From: Parvibaculum sp.
Lineage (GTDB): Bacteria > Pseudomonadota > Alphaproteobacteria > Parvibaculales > Parvibaculaceae
Assembly: GCA_030649335.1 (NCBI GenBank)
Contig: JAUSLL010000015.1
Span: forward strand, 57,746-121,745
Reading direction: 5' to 3'
DNA: 64,000 bases
The notes beneath the pieces are model-generated. The model was not told the DNA's origin. It searched no databases and worked only from the letters and a program-made list of their open reading frames with translations. This document shows positions 39,359 through 49,259 of the stretch, one piece after another. The translations under genes were made by a program, and so were the position numbers. The stretch's first letter is position 1; every line of letters starts with the position of its first letter.

Positions 39359-40191
39359 GAATTGCATCATCCGTCACCGGCGAAAGCGCGCTCGTCAAAT
39401 ATCTGCTCATTGGTCTGGCCCTCATTTGGCTTGCAGGCTTTTTGTTATTGCCGCTCATCGTCGTTTTCGTTGAAGCGCTCAGACAAGGCGTCGGTGCCTA
39501 TCTCACGGCGCTCGTCCATGATGATGCGCTGGCCGCCATGCGTCTCACTCTGTTGGTCAGCGCCATCGCGGTGCCCGCCAATCTTGTGTTCGGTCTTGTC
39601 GCCTCATGGTCGATTGCCAAGTTCCGCTTTCGGGGCCGGAATTTTCTGATCACCATCATCGATATTCCCTTCTCCGTCTCGCCGGTCATCTCAGGTCTCG
39701 TCTTCGTGCTGCTGTTCGGCGCGCAGGGTGTCTTCGGGGCATTTTTGGTGTCGCAGAAAATTCAGATCATCTTTGCGGTGCCCGGCATTGTGTTGGCGAC
39801 CATCTTTGTCACCTTCCCTTTTGTGGCCCGCCAGCTCATCCCGCTCATGCAGGCGCAGGGCATTGATGAGGAAGAGGCCGCGCTTTCGCTGGGTGCGTCA
39901 GGCTTCCGCACCTTCTGTCTGGTGACGCTCCCCAATATCAAATGGGCTTTGTTCTACGGCGTGCTTCTTTGCAATGCGCGTGCAATGGGCGAGTTCGGTG
40001 CGGTCTCCGTCGTCTCGGGTCACATCCGTGGTCTCACCAACACCATGCCGCTTCATGTAGAAATTCTGTATAATGAATATAATTTCGTCGCAGCCTTTGC
40101 CACGGCCTCGCTTCTGGCGCTCCTCGCCCTTGTCACACTCGGGCTCAAGACCCTTCTTGAGAGACGCGGAGGCCGTGATGTCAAAATCTGA
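39355..40191 (+). CDS. cysW: Sulfate ABC permease CysW
   Basis: [46 protein letters not shown]. Confidence 0.95.
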   Translation: MRIASSVTGESALVKYLLIGLALIWLAGFLLLPLIVVFVEALRQGVGAYLTALVHDDALAAMRLTLLVSAIAVPANLVFGLVASWSIAKFRFRGRNFLITIIDIPFSVSPVISGLVFVLLFGAQGVFGAFLVSQKIQIIFAVPGIVLATIFVTFPFVARQLIPLMQAQGIDEEEAALSLGASGFRTFCLVTLPNIKWALFYGVLLCNARAMGEFGAVSVVSGHIRGLTNTMPLHVEILYNEYNFVAAFATASLLALLALVTLGLKTLLERRGGRDVKI

Positions 40192-41239
40192 ACCCGTGGC
40201 CATTGGGGTGTCGAACCTCAGCCACACATTCGGCGATTTCCCCGCCCTCAATAACGTCTCGCTTGATGTGCGACCCGGCGAATTGCTGGCGCTCCTTGGG
40301 CCCTCGGGTTCCGGCAAGACAACATTGCTGCGGGCCATTGCCGGTCTCGCGCGTCCCGACAGTGGCGTCATTTCCTTTCAGGGGGCGGACGCCGAAGGGC
40401 TTTCCTTGCGTGACCGCCGCGTCGGTTTCGTCTTCCAGCAATATGCGTTGTTCCGCCATATGACGGTCGCTGACAATATCGGCTTCGGCCTCCGCGTCCG
40501 CCCGCGCCGCCGCCGCCCCACGCGTGCGGCCATTGCGTCGCGTGTTGCCGAGCTTCTGGCGCTCGTCCAGCTTGATGGGCTCGGGTCACGCTTTCCCGAT
40601 CAGCTATCAGGCGGTCAGCGCCAGCGCGTGGCGCTTGCCCGTGCGCTTGCCATCGAGCCGCAGGTGTTGTTGCTGGACGAACCCTTCGGCGCGCTTGATG
40701 CCAAGGTGCGCAAAGAACTTCGCCAATGGCTGCGGGGTCTGCACAAGGAGACAGGTCTCACGACCATCTTCGTGACTCATGATCAGGAAGAGGCGATGGA
40801 GCTTGCTGACCGCGTCGTCATCATGCGCGAAGGCCGCGTCGAGCAGGTGGGCACGCCTGCCGAGATTTACGACGCGCCCGCCACGCCCTTCGTCTGCGAT
40901 TTCCTTGGCCATGCATTCCGCTTTTCCGTCGCCGTGCAGGGCGGTTCAGCCCGCGTGCTGGGCGCGGATGTGGCGACCAAACTGGCCGATGGTCCGGCCC
41001 TTGCCTATGTCCGCTCGCATGATGTGGCGGTCGCGCCGGTGGAGGCCAATGGCGTTGCCGCGCGTCTTCTCGCCTTGCGTGGATCGGGCGCGTCGCTGGC
41101 GCTGGAGTTTGCCTTGCCGGGTCTTTCAGCGCCTGTTGAGGTTCTCTGTCCGCGCGTCAACGTCGCAGGCGAAGATTTTGTCGTCGGCGCGGATTACGTG
41201 CTCACCGCCCGCGCCGCCCATATTTTCCCCGCACCATAA
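40178..41239 (+). CDS. cysA: Sulfate ABC ATPase CysA
   Basis: [49 protein letters not shown]. Confidence 0.95.
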   Translation: MSKSEPVAIGVSNLSHTFGDFPALNNVSLDVRPGELLALLGPSGSGKTTLLRAIAGLARPDSGVISFQGADAEGLSLRDRRVGFVFQQYALFRHMTVADNIGFGLRVRPRRRRPTRAAIASRVAELLALVQLDGLGSRFPDQLSGGQRQRVALARALAIEPQVLLLDEPFGALDAKVRKELRQWLRGLHKETGLTTIFVTHDQEEAMELADRVVIMREGRVEQVGTPAEIYDAPATPFVCDFLGHAFRFSVAVQGGSARVLGADVATKLADGPALAYVRSHDVAVAPVEANGVAARLLALRGSGASLALEFALPGLSAPVEVLCPRVNVAGEDFVVGADYVLTARAAHIFPAP

Positions 41240-41494
41240 CCCGCCGCGCGCCGCTTTTCCCCTGCGTCAAATCTGAGACAGCGGTTTCAGAGGCGTGAAC
41301 AGGGCTTGGGGCAGGGCGTCCGCCTGCCCATATATGTTGGAGCTATCGGCCTTATTTGCGCATTCGTCTGTGTCCATTGCGCTTTACAAGTGCCGCGCCA
41401 TGCTCAAGATGGCGGCCAATTCATGTGTTCAGAACCCGTGCAGGTCCGGCCTTCAGGTCGCGGGCCTGCCGTCACCTCACGACAGGAGATACTC

Positions 41495-42667
41495 ATGGCA
41501 GAAGCATATATCGTTGCCGCGACGCGCACCGCCGGTGGCCGCAAGGGCGGTCGTCTCAAAGATTGGCATCCGGCCGACCTCGGCGGCAGTATCCTCAACG
41601 CGCTCGTTGACAGCACCAATGTCGATCCCGCTCTCATCGAAGACGTGATCGTCGGTTGCGTCGATCAGGCCGGCGAGCAGGGCATGAACATTGCGCGCAA
41701 CGCGGTGCTGGCCTCCAAGCTGCCCGAAAGCGTGCCCGCCACCTCGGTTGACCGTCAGTGCGGGTCATCCCAGCAGGCGCTCCACTTTGCCGCTCAGGCC
41801 GTCATGTCGGGCGCGATGGATATCGTCATCGCCGCCGGTATCGAAAGCATGACGCGCGTGCCCATGGGCATGCCCATCTCGCTCCCCTTCAAAAACGGTT
41901 TCGGCATTTACAAAAGCCCGAACATTGAAGAGCGTTACCCCAACATCCAGTTCAGCCAGTTCGCCGGCGCTGAAATGATCGCCAAGAAATACGGTCTTAC
42001 CAAAGACCAGCTCGATCAGTTCGCTTATACGAGCCACCAGAACGCAATCGCCGCCACGCAGTCGGGCGCCTTCAAGAACGAAATTCTCGCTCTTGAAATC
42101 ACGACAGCCGATGGCACCAAAGAAATGCACACGGTGGACGAAGGCATCCGCTTTGACGCCAACCTCGACTCGATCAAAGGCGTGAAGCTCCTCGTCGAAG
42201 GCGGCGCGATCACGGCCGCTTCGTCCTCGCAGATCTGCGACGGTGCCTCAGGCGTCATGATCGTCAACGAACGCGGCCTCAAGCAGCTCGGTGTCGAGCC
42301 GCTCGCCCGCGTGCATCACATGACAGTGGTGGGCGGCGATCCGGTCATCATGCTCGAAGCCCCGATCCCGGGCACGGAAAAGGCGCTGGCCAAAGCCGGC
42401 ATGAAGATCGATGATATTGATCTGTATGAAGTCAACGAAGCCTTCGCCTCTGTGCCGACAGCATGGCTGCAGAAGCTCAACGCCGATCCGGCCCGCCTCA
42501 ATGTCAATGGCGGCGCGATCTCGCTCGGCCACCCGCTCGGCGCGTCAGGCACCAAGCTCATGACCACACTCATTCATGCACTGAAGAGCCGTAACAAACG
42601 TTACGGTCTCCAGACCATGTGTGAAGGCGGCGGGCTTGCCAACGTCACGATCATCGAACGTCTCTAA
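41495..42667 (+). CDS. Acetyl-CoA C-acyltransferase (thiolase)
   Basis: DRQCGSSQQA, NEAFA, GHPLGASG, TMCEGGG; RBS AGGAG. Confidence 0.95.
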   Translation: MAEAYIVAATRTAGGRKGGRLKDWHPADLGGSILNALVDSTNVDPALIEDVIVGCVDQAGEQGMNIARNAVLASKLPESVPATSVDRQCGSSQQALHFAAQAVMSGAMDIVIAAGIESMTRVPMGMPISLPFKNGFGIYKSPNIEERYPNIQFSQFAGAEMIAKKYGLTKDQLDQFAYTSHQNAIAATQSGAFKNEILALEITTADGTKEMHTVDEGIRFDANLDSIKGVKLLVEGGAITAASSSQICDGASGVMIVNERGLKQLGVEPLARVHHMTVVGGDPVIMLEAPIPGTEKALAKAGMKIDDIDLYEVNEAFASVPTAWLQKLNADPARLNVNGGAISLGHPLGASGTKLMTTLIHALKSRNKRYGLQTMCEGGGLANVTIIERL

Positions 42668-42727
42668 GACGTTCAAGGGATCAAACGAACGTCTCTAAGA
42701 CGTTCAGGGGATCAATCGAACGTCTCT
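42655..42727. repeat. 31-bp tandem repeat (about 2.4 copies) containing a 19-bp palindrome and the thiolase stop codon
   Basis: cgaacgtctctaagacgttcaagggatcaaa / cgaacgtctctaagacgttcaggggatcaat / cgaacgtctct; the two full units match at 29/31. Confidence 0.9.
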
Positions 42728-42782
42728 GATATTCAGCACCTACTTTTATTGGGTGCATGCAATTTTCAGGTGTATGCAGATC

Positions 42783-42817
42783 AAGGCGGCATCCTCAGGG
42801 TGCCGCCTTTTCTTTTT
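42783..42817 (+). terminator. Intrinsic terminator
   Basis: aaggcggcatcc-tca-gggtgccgcctt followed by ttcttttt. Confidence 0.85.
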
Positions 42818-42912
42818 GCAACCCCGTTGCCTGCGGGCGCGTTTCGCTGAACACTGTGACAAATCTCTCAGTGGGCCGAGTGATTCAAAATTTTTGCGGA
42901 AATCTGTCGAGC

Positions 42913-43665
42913 ATGTCGCCACAAAAAACATCGATGAAGATGAAGGAGCTGGAACGTGTCACCGGCGTCGGACGCGAAACCATCCGATATTATATCCGCG
43001 AAGGCCTGCTGCCCGAACCTGATCGTCCCAAGCGCAATGTCGCGCATTACGGACCGGTCCATGTTAATCGTCTCAATCTCATCAAACGTCTGCAGGCCGA
43101 ACGGCATCTGCCGTTGCATCTCATCAAAACCATTGTCGCCAGTGAAACGGCAAATCCCGTCAGCGGTTTTGAGGCCCTTATCGGTTTGGAAGATCGTCTG
43201 GGGCCGCTTTTGTCGGAGGGCCGCTCGCTCGGACCGCGCCGTTTTAGCGAGGTTGTCGCGGGGTCGGGCCTTGCCGTGGAAGAAGCACGCCAACTGGCGG
43301 ACATGAGTTTCATCACGATTGATAATCTGAACGGTGAGGAATGGCTCAATCAGCGCAATGCGCGGCTTCTGGAAATCATCGGCGAGATGACCGCCCGCGG
43401 CTATGCCGGTCAGGTTGGCTATTCGATGGAAACCTACCGGCCCCATGCTGATCTCGTGCAGGTGCTGGCGCATCGCGCGGTCGCAGATTTTTACCGCAAT
43501 CTCGGGTCCAGCATGACAACGGAAGAGGCTGCCAAAATGGCAGCGGACGGCATCAAAGGCGTCAATGAAATCCTGCCGCTTCTGTTCATGGAAATGATCG
43601 TGCGCGAGGTCGAGAAAGTCTCGCAGACCGGCTCGTTCGACGCTGACTTCGAAGAAAAAATCTAA
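42913..43665 (+). CDS. MerR-family regulator
   Basis: MKMKELERVTGVGRETIRYYIREGLLPEP..RNVAHY..LPLHLIK. Confidence 0.9.
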   Translation: MSPQKTSMKMKELERVTGVGRETIRYYIREGLLPEPDRPKRNVAHYGPVHVNRLNLIKRLQAERHLPLHLIKTIVASETANPVSGFEALIGLEDRLGPLLSEGRSLGPRRFSEVVAGSGLAVEEARQLADMSFITIDNLNGEEWLNQRNARLLEIIGEMTARGYAGQVGYSMETYRPHADLVQVLAHRAVADFYRNLGSSMTTEEAAKMAADGIKGVNEILPLLFMEMIVREVEKVSQTGSFDADFEEKI

Positions 43666-43708
43666 ACCTCAGGTCGCCCGTCACCCGTGCGGCTCCGCGC
43701 TAAGCCCG

Positions 43709-43758
43709 CCCGCGCGTTTACGCGCCAAGCACACCCGCGCCGTTAGGCGCCAAGTACA
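43709..43758. repeat. 25-bp tandem duplication of the ABC ATPase 3' end
   Basis: cccgcgcgtttacgcgccaagcaca / cccgcgccgttaggcgccaagtaca (21/25); both read VLGA-stop on the minus strand. Confidence 0.8.
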
Positions 43759-44873
43759 AGAGTGTCGCCCTTGCGCCAATAGAGCCAATAGTCTTCGCCG
43801 CGTTTGAACGTATTGTCTTCAATATCGCGTGAGACATTGCCGATGTCGGCGAGCAGCGGCGAGCCCGTGCCGATGTCGAAATAGACATTGGAATAGCTGC
43901 CATAGTAAGCGACTTCGCCGACCTTGCCGCGCACGGTGATGACGCCGGGGTCGGTGGGCTTGCTCTCGGCGACAAAAATCTTTTCAGGACGCACGGCCAG
44001 CGCCACATCACCATCGACGTCGCCCGCCAGTTCCACTTCCTCGATGATCTTGGAATGAACCTTGACCTTATTGTCGCCGCTGCGGGTCGCCTTGGCGTCG
44101 ATCAGATTGATGCGACCGATGAAGTCGGCAACAAAACGCGTCTTGGGAAATTCATAAAGTTCCGCCGGTGCCGCGATCTGGCGCACGGTGCCTGCGTTCA
44201 TCACGGCGATGCGGTTGGCCATCGACAGGGCTTCGGTCTGATCATGCGTCACGATGACAAAGGTGATGCCGACCGTCTGTTGCAGGCGCACGAGTTCAAG
44301 CTGCATGGCTTCGCGCAATTTGGCGTCCAGCGCCGACAGGGGTTCGTCAAGCAGCAACACCGAAGGGCGTTTCACCAGCGCACGGGCAAGGGCCACGCGC
44401 TGGCGCTGGCCGCCGGACATTTCATGCGGCATACGTTTGCCGAAGCCGCCGAGTTTCACGAGGTCGAGGGCTTCTTCCGTACGCTGCTTAATTTCCTTGG
44501 AGGGGCGCCGGTCCATGCGCAAGCCATAGGCGACGTTCTTTTCCACCGACATATGCGGAAAGACCGCATAGGACTGGAACACCATGTTCACCGGACGCTT
44601 GTTCGGCTCCACGGTCGCCATATTGTGACCATCGATGATGACCTGACCGCTTGTCGGTGTTTCAAAGCCTGCCAGCATGCGCAGCAAAGTGGTCTTGCCG
44701 CAGCCTGAGGGGCCGAGCAGCGCGAAAAATTCGCCGCGCGCCACAGTGATATTGGCATTTTCCACGGCTTTGACATCGCCGGGATAGGTCTTCGAGACGT
44801 TCTTGATCTCGATAATGGGAGCGCCGGTCGGAGCGGTTGAGGATTTGAATTTGTCCAGGACTTCCGTGCTCAC
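43743..44873 (-). CDS. PotA/PotG-like polyamine ABC ATPase with TOBE domain
   Basis: [64 protein letters not shown]. Confidence 0.9.
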   Translation of the reverse strand: MSTEVLDKFKSSTAPTGAPIIEIKNVSKTYPGDVKAVENANITVARGEFFALLGPSGCGKTTLLRMLAGFETPTSGQVIIDGHNMATVEPNKRPVNMVFQSYAVFPHMSVEKNVAYGLRMDRRPSKEIKQRTEEALDLVKLGGFGKRMPHEMSGGQRQRVALARALVKRPSVLLLDEPLSALDAKLREAMQLELVRLQQTVGITFVIVTHDQTEALSMANRIAVMNAGTVRQIAAPAELYEFPKTRFVADFIGRINLIDAKATRSGDNKVKVHSKIIEEVELAGDVDGDVALAVRPEKIFVAESKPTDPGVITVRGKVGEVAYYGSYSNVYFDIGTGSPLLADIGNVSRDIEDNTFKRGEDYWLYWRKGDTLVLGA

Positions 44874-45088
44874 GCGCGTCTCCTTAGCTTATGGGAACCG
44901 GCGCTGAGTGTTCATCGCTTTTTGCCCGATGGCAAGCGTGCCGGCGGTATGGGGCGCAATGAAAGCGGGAACAGGCTGGGCTGACTAATTATCAAGCAGG
45001 ATCGCGTCCTGTATGATTGTTCTTTATACAGTTTCACTGTCGGGCGACCGGCAGATATGAAGTTTGAACATCGAACGAGATTGAGACT

Positions 45089-45835
45089 ATGACCATCACA
45101 TCGCAGGAAGAGCTTGAGGCTCTGCGCCGTATCGGAAAAATTGTCGCCACCGTGTTGCGCGACATGGGCAAGGCGCTTGAGCCGGGCATGACCACAGCGG
45201 AGCTTGATGCCATTGGCCGCGCCGGTCTCGACGCGCATGGTGCGCGTTCCGCGCCGGAGCTTGATTACGGCTTTCCCGGTGCCACCTGCATCAGCGTCAA
45301 TCGTGAAGTGGCACATGGCGTGCCGGGCGCGCGCGTGATCGGGGCCGGTGATCTCGTCAACATCGATGTCTCTGCCGAGCTTGGCGGGTTTTACGGCGAC
45401 ACGGGCGCGAGCTTTGCCGTGCCGCCTGTGTCGCGCACCGTCACGAAACTCTGCCGCGATGGCAAACGTGCCATGTGGGAAGGCATTGGCGCTGTGCGCA
45501 GCGATGCCCGCCTTTCCGACATTGGCGAGCGTATCGAGCGTTTTGCGGATAAGGGCGGCTACACGCTCATCCGCAATCTGGCGAGCCACGGTGTCGGTCG
45601 CTCGTTGCATGAGGAGCCGGAATCCATCGCCACATGGCGCGACCGGTCCGAACGGCGGCGTATGCATGACGGTCTCGTCTTCACCATCGAGCCGTTTCTG
45701 TCCTGCGGTGCAACGTATGCGGATGAATCTGACGATGGCTGGACGCTACTGGCCGACCGTCCCGTGCCCACCGTTCAATATGAACACAGTCTCGTCGTCA
45801 CAAAATCCGGTCCGGTGATTTTGACGATGGTGTGA
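45089..45835 (+). CDS. map: Type I methionine aminopeptidase
   Basis: CISVNREVAHGVP, DLVNIDV, GDTG, HGVGRSLHEEP, TIEP, QYEHS. Confidence 0.93.
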   Translation: MTITSQEELEALRRIGKIVATVLRDMGKALEPGMTTAELDAIGRAGLDAHGARSAPELDYGFPGATCISVNREVAHGVPGARVIGAGDLVNIDVSAELGGFYGDTGASFAVPPVSRTVTKLCRDGKRAMWEGIGAVRSDARLSDIGERIERFADKGGYTLIRNLASHGVGRSLHEEPESIATWRDRSERRRMHDGLVFTIEPFLSCGATYADESDDGWTLLADRPVPTVQYEHSLVVTKSGPVILTMV

Positions 45836-45847
45836 GCTTCTTCTCGC

Positions 45848-45876
45848 CCTCTCCCCCTCGGGGGGTGGGTGAGGGG
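45848..45876. repeat. Degenerate REP-like element, family C (CCCTCTCCCC...GGGTGAGGGG)
   Basis: ccctctccccctcggggggtgggtgagggg resembles an internally deleted copy of a common alphaproteobacterial palindrome. Confidence 0.5.
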
Positions 45877-45947
45877 TTTTCAGGTCTGAAATCCCGCAAA
45901 ATGGCCAATCCCCGCTTTTTAGGTCTTAAGAGCGTGTCTCCGGCCCC

Positions 45948-45990
45948 TTGACAATTCGCGGCCCTACCTTTAAATGATAATCATTCGCAA
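45948..45990 (+). promoter_or_regulatory. TTGACA promoter overlapped by a Fur-box-like operator
   Basis: TTGACA at 45948; ttaAATGATAATCATTcgc at 45970-45988 matches GATAATGATAATCATTATC at 14/19 with an exact 13-bp core. Confidence 0.7.
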
Positions 45991-46013
45991 TAAAGCCGGT
46001 TCAGGAGGCCGTC

Positions 46014-46223
46014 ATGCGTGCCTTAAAAAAAGCCCTCGGGTTTTCGGTCGTCCATTTTTTCGTTGGGATCACGGTCGCCTTCGCGCTCACCGGCCAATGG
46101 GCGGTGGCACTCGGCGTGGCGGTCATTGAGCCTGCCATCAATGCGGTGATTATTTATTTTCATGCGCGTTGGGAGGAGGCTCCGAGGCTGCGTTCAGGTC
46201 ACCTCATAGGCTCGACTGGATAA
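46014..46223 (+). CDS. DUF2061-like small membrane protein
   Basis: RBS AGGAGG; VVHFFVGITVAFALTG...AVIEPAINAVIIYFHARW. Confidence 0.75.
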   Translation: MRALKKALGFSVVHFFVGITVAFALTGQWAVALGVAVIEPAINAVIIYFHARWEEAPRLRSGHLIGSTG

Positions 46224-46240
46224 GGCTCGAAAACAGGCCT

Positions 46241-46268
46241 GAAATGGCTCGGAATCCGAGGTCATTTC
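46241..46268. terminator. Hairpin between convergent genes
   Basis: gaaatggctcgg-aat-ccgaggtcatttc. Confidence 0.5.
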
Positions 46269-46284
46269 GAGGTGGTTCCGAGGG

Positions 46285-46908
46285 TCACTTCCAGGCCCAG
46301 ACCGGCTGCTCCAGCTCATGGACCCGCGTCGCATTTCCCTTCAGACAGACTTCCCCGAACTGATAAAGCACCGCCGCCGTCGGTGCATGGATGTGATCGT
46401 CACCGCCCAGCAAAAGCCGGATCACGGGTTTTTCGCTTTCGGGAATGGTCATAAAAATCGGCGAATCCGCGCGCGTGAGTTCAGTGAGCGCGAAGGGATG
46501 GATCGATGCGACCTCACCGGGATTGGGCACCATGTTGCTCAGATCATCCATCCAGATGACGACCGGCGTAATGAGATAACCTGATCGCGTCGGATAGGGG
46601 TCAAGCGTGCCCAATACGTTTGATGCCTGTGCCACAAGGCTTATTTCCTCGTGCAACTCGCGCAATGCGGCTTCGATGACGCTCTCGCCCTCGTCGATGC
46701 GACCGCCGGGCAGGGCCCATTGTCCGGCATGGGCGTTGAGGCGCGGGGCGCGGCGCGTCAGCAGAAATTTCGCGATACCGTCCTCAGGGCCGATGGTGAT
46801 CGTGACGGCGGCTTGCTTCAGCACGGCCTCAGGAGGCGTCCAGTGTCGGAAGCCCGCCAGCCGATCCGCGATCTCCGCTTTGAGCGTTGCGTTAAAAATA
46901 AGCGACAT
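46285..46908 (-). CDS. Nudix hydrolase (CoA pyrophosphatase-like)
   Basis: LNAHAGQWALPGGRIDEGESVIEAALRELHEEI Nudix box; TRSGYLITPVV. Confidence 0.9.
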   Translation of the reverse strand: MSLIFNATLKAEIADRLAGFRHWTPPEAVLKQAAVTITIGPEDGIAKFLLTRRAPRLNAHAGQWALPGGRIDEGESVIEAALRELHEEISLVAQASNVLGTLDPYPTRSGYLITPVVIWMDDLSNMVPNPGEVASIHPFALTELTRADSPIFMTIPESEKPVIRLLLGGDDHIHAPTAAVLYQFGEVCLKGNATRVHELEQPVWAWK

Positions 46909-47094
46909 GCCTTCCCTTTCAGCAGTCTTTTTATTGTCATTTGGCTCAAAACAGCCGGTTTTCTGCCTATTATTTTAAACAGTCCCGTCGAAAGACTTGA
47001 AGCCCCGTCTTGGAAGCGGGGCCCCGCGGGTCTAGATTTCTACCATCACAATCATCTCCGGGCTTCACCGGAGTTGCCTTCAGAAGGATCGCTC

Positions 47095-48213
47095 ATGCGT
47101 ATCGGTGTGCCTAAGGAAATCAAGGTCCATGAATATCGCGTCGGCATGACGCCGGCTGCGGTGCGCGAAGCGGTGCATCACGGGCATGAGGTTTGGGTGC
47201 AGAAGAGTGCGGGTTTCGGCATCGGTCTGTTCGATGAGCACTACGCAGCGGCGGGCGCAAAGCTCGTGGAGACAGCTGCCGAAATTTTTGCCGCCGCCGA
47301 CATGATCGTCAAAGTCAAAGAACCGCAGCCAGCCGAATGGAAAATGCTGCGCGAAGGTCAGTTGCTCTTTACCTATTTGCATCTCGCGCCCGATCCCGAT
47401 CAGGCGCGCGGCCTTGTTGAATCAGGTGCCGTCGCGATTGCTTATGAGACAGTAACGGATGCACGCGGCGGCTTGCCTCTGCTTGCGCCGATGTCGGAAG
47501 TCGCAGGCCGCATGTCCATTCAGGCCGGTGCGCATTCGCTCGAAATCGCGCAAGGCGGGCGCGGCATGTTGCTCGGTGGTGTGCCGGGTGTGCCCGCTGC
47601 CAAAGTTGTCATTCTCGGCGGCGGCGTCTCCGGCATGAATGCCGCGCGCATGGCGATGGGGCTTGAAGCGCATGTCACCGTCATCGATATCAATCTCCAT
47701 ACGCTCTATGAACTCGATTTGCGTTTCGGACCAAGCCTCAACACGATCTATTCAACCGTTGATGCCATTGAAGAATATGTGCTGGGCGCTGATTTGGTGA
47801 TCGGCGCGGTGCTGGTGCCGGGCGCGGCTGCCCCCAAACTTGTGTCGGAAGACATGGTGCGCAAAATGAAAAAAGGTTCGGTCCTTGTCGATATCGCCAT
47901 CGATCAGGGCGGCTGTTTTGCCACCTCGCATGCGACGACGCATGCGGACCCGACCTATGTGCTTCACGACGTCGTCCACTATTGCGTCGCCAATATGCCG
48001 GGTGCCGTGGCGCGCACATCGACCTTCGCGCTCAACAACGCAACGCTGCCGTTCACGCTGGCGCTCGCTGACAAGGGTTACAAGCAGGCGCTCGCCGACA
48101 ACAGGCATTTGCTCGCTGGTCTCAATGTTTGCAAAGGGCAGATCACCTATAGAGCGGTGGCCGATGCGCTGGGTGTTCCCTTCGTCGATGCTGAGCGGGC
48201 GATTTCACATTGA
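47095..48213 (+). CDS. ald: Alanine dehydrogenase
   Basis: [58 protein letters not shown]. Confidence 0.96.
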   Translation: MRIGVPKEIKVHEYRVGMTPAAVREAVHHGHEVWVQKSAGFGIGLFDEHYAAAGAKLVETAAEIFAAADMIVKVKEPQPAEWKMLREGQLLFTYLHLAPDPDQARGLVESGAVAIAYETVTDARGGLPLLAPMSEVAGRMSIQAGAHSLEIAQGGRGMLLGGVPGVPAAKVVILGGGVSGMNAARMAMGLEAHVTVIDINLHTLYELDLRFGPSLNTIYSTVDAIEEYVLGADLVIGAVLVPGAAAPKLVSEDMVRKMKKGSVLVDIAIDQGGCFATSHATTHADPTYVLHDVVHYCVANMPGAVARTSTFALNNATLPFTLALADKGYKQALADNRHLLAGLNVCKGQITYRAVADALGVPFVDAERAISH

Positions 48214-48320
48214 GCAAAATGTTCCGAAACGGGTCGAATTTAGAAATCCGTTAACCATGTGGGTTTAGGTTCTTCCGTGTATCCCGGATTTCGGGGTCTC
48301 AAGACACGGGGGAGACGAAC

Positions 48321-48842
48321 ATGAGTGGTTCAAGACGTCGGGAACTTTTTTGGCTGTTTTTGATGGCTGGCTGTATTGCGCTGTTTGTGGCGCGGCACGA
48401 AGGCCATGCCGAAAACTATGACCAGAGCGGCATGAACCAGCTTGTGCGTGAGACGCTCAACGAGCCCGTGGCCGCGCGCACCAAGCCCGCGCCGCGTCCC
48501 ATGGCCCGTATTAATCCCAATGATGAGATCATCACCGCTTCGATCGCCAAACCGGCCTCAGCACCCGCTTCCAGCGCCGCTGACGGGGCCAGCCGCTACT
48601 ATGTGCCGCTCGGTTCCTATGGCTCCATCGATCAGGCCACACGTCGTTATCTCGACGTCGCCAAAGGCGATCCGCTGCTGGAACGCGATAATCTTCTCCG
48701 CATTGAAACGGTCGCGGTCCAGGGCGACGGGGCCTTCCATCGGGTACGAATGGGGAACTTCCGCACGCCGGAAGCCGCCAAAAATGCCTGTGCCAAGGCC
48801 CGTATTGATGCTTCTCTCTGCCTTGTGGTCGCGGCCCGCTAA
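48321..48842 (+). CDS. Exported SPOR-domain protein
   Basis: Signal/TM segment, low-complexity linker, then YYVPLGSY...FHRVRMGNF...AKNACAK. Confidence 0.75.
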   Translation: MSGSRRRELFWLFLMAGCIALFVARHEGHAENYDQSGMNQLVRETLNEPVAARTKPAPRPMARINPNDEIITASIAKPASAPASSAADGASRYYVPLGSYGSIDQATRRYLDVAKGDPLLERDNLLRIETVAVQGDGAFHRVRMGNFRTPEAAKNACAKARIDASLCLVVAAR

Positions 48843-48987
48843 AGCGGGTGGACTTTCCCTTCGCTTTGAAGGTATAAGGCCCGCCAGACGCCGTGTTTGG
48901 TTCAAACGACGGCCCCACATGTTATTCCAATCCCAGTTTCGGCGGCTTCCGGGCCGCCCTTGGATTGCCAGACCGGAGCTTTAAGCT

Positions 48988-49173
48988 ATGGCCGTTCCTA
49001 AGAGGAAGACCTCCCCCTCCAAGCGCGGGATGCGCCGTTCGGCCGACGCGCTGAAGAATCCGACCTATGTTGAAAATCCGGATTCAGGCGAACTGCACCG
49101 CCCCCATCATGTCGATCTGAAGAGCGGCATGTATCGTGGCCGTCAGATCCTGAAGCCCAAGGGCGACATCTGA
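48988..49173 (+). CDS. rpmF: 50S ribosomal protein L32 (no Zn-binding cysteines)
   Basis: [18 protein letters not shown]...[17 protein letters not shown]. Confidence 0.97.
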   Translation: MAVPKRKTSPSKRGMRRSADALKNPTYVENPDSGELHRPHHVDLKSGMYRGRQILKPKGDI

Positions 49174-49202
49174 TTTTACGCGTTAAGCTTCGATGAGTTT
49201 TG

Positions 49203-49256
49203 AAAACGCCGGTTCATTGAACCGGCGTTTTTTTTGGGAACCGGCGTTTTTTTTGG
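49203..49256. terminator. Intrinsic terminator with its 3' arm and U-tract duplicated
   Basis: aaaacgccggttc-att-gaaccggcgttttttttgg, then a second gaaccggcgttttttttgg (exact 19-bp repeat). Confidence 0.88.
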
Positions 49257-49259
49257 GGG

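Noticed and set aside
42655-42727. Mini CRISPR array
   Set aside because: The 12-nt linkers between the palindromes are nearly identical and too short to be spacers; no cas genes or leader are present.
45020-45075. Alphaproteobacterial LexA box (GTTC-N7-GTTC) before map
   Set aside because: The GTTC/GAAC spacings are 3 or 8, not 7. The 17-bp-period repeat at 22923 fails for the same reason.
46206-46230. ATA(A)GGCTCGA repeat around the DUF2061 stop
   Set aside because: About 10 bp with an indel; too short to count as a duplication.
48988-49173. rpmF separated from plsX/fabH
   Set aside because: This separation is common in alphaproteobacteria and is not novel.
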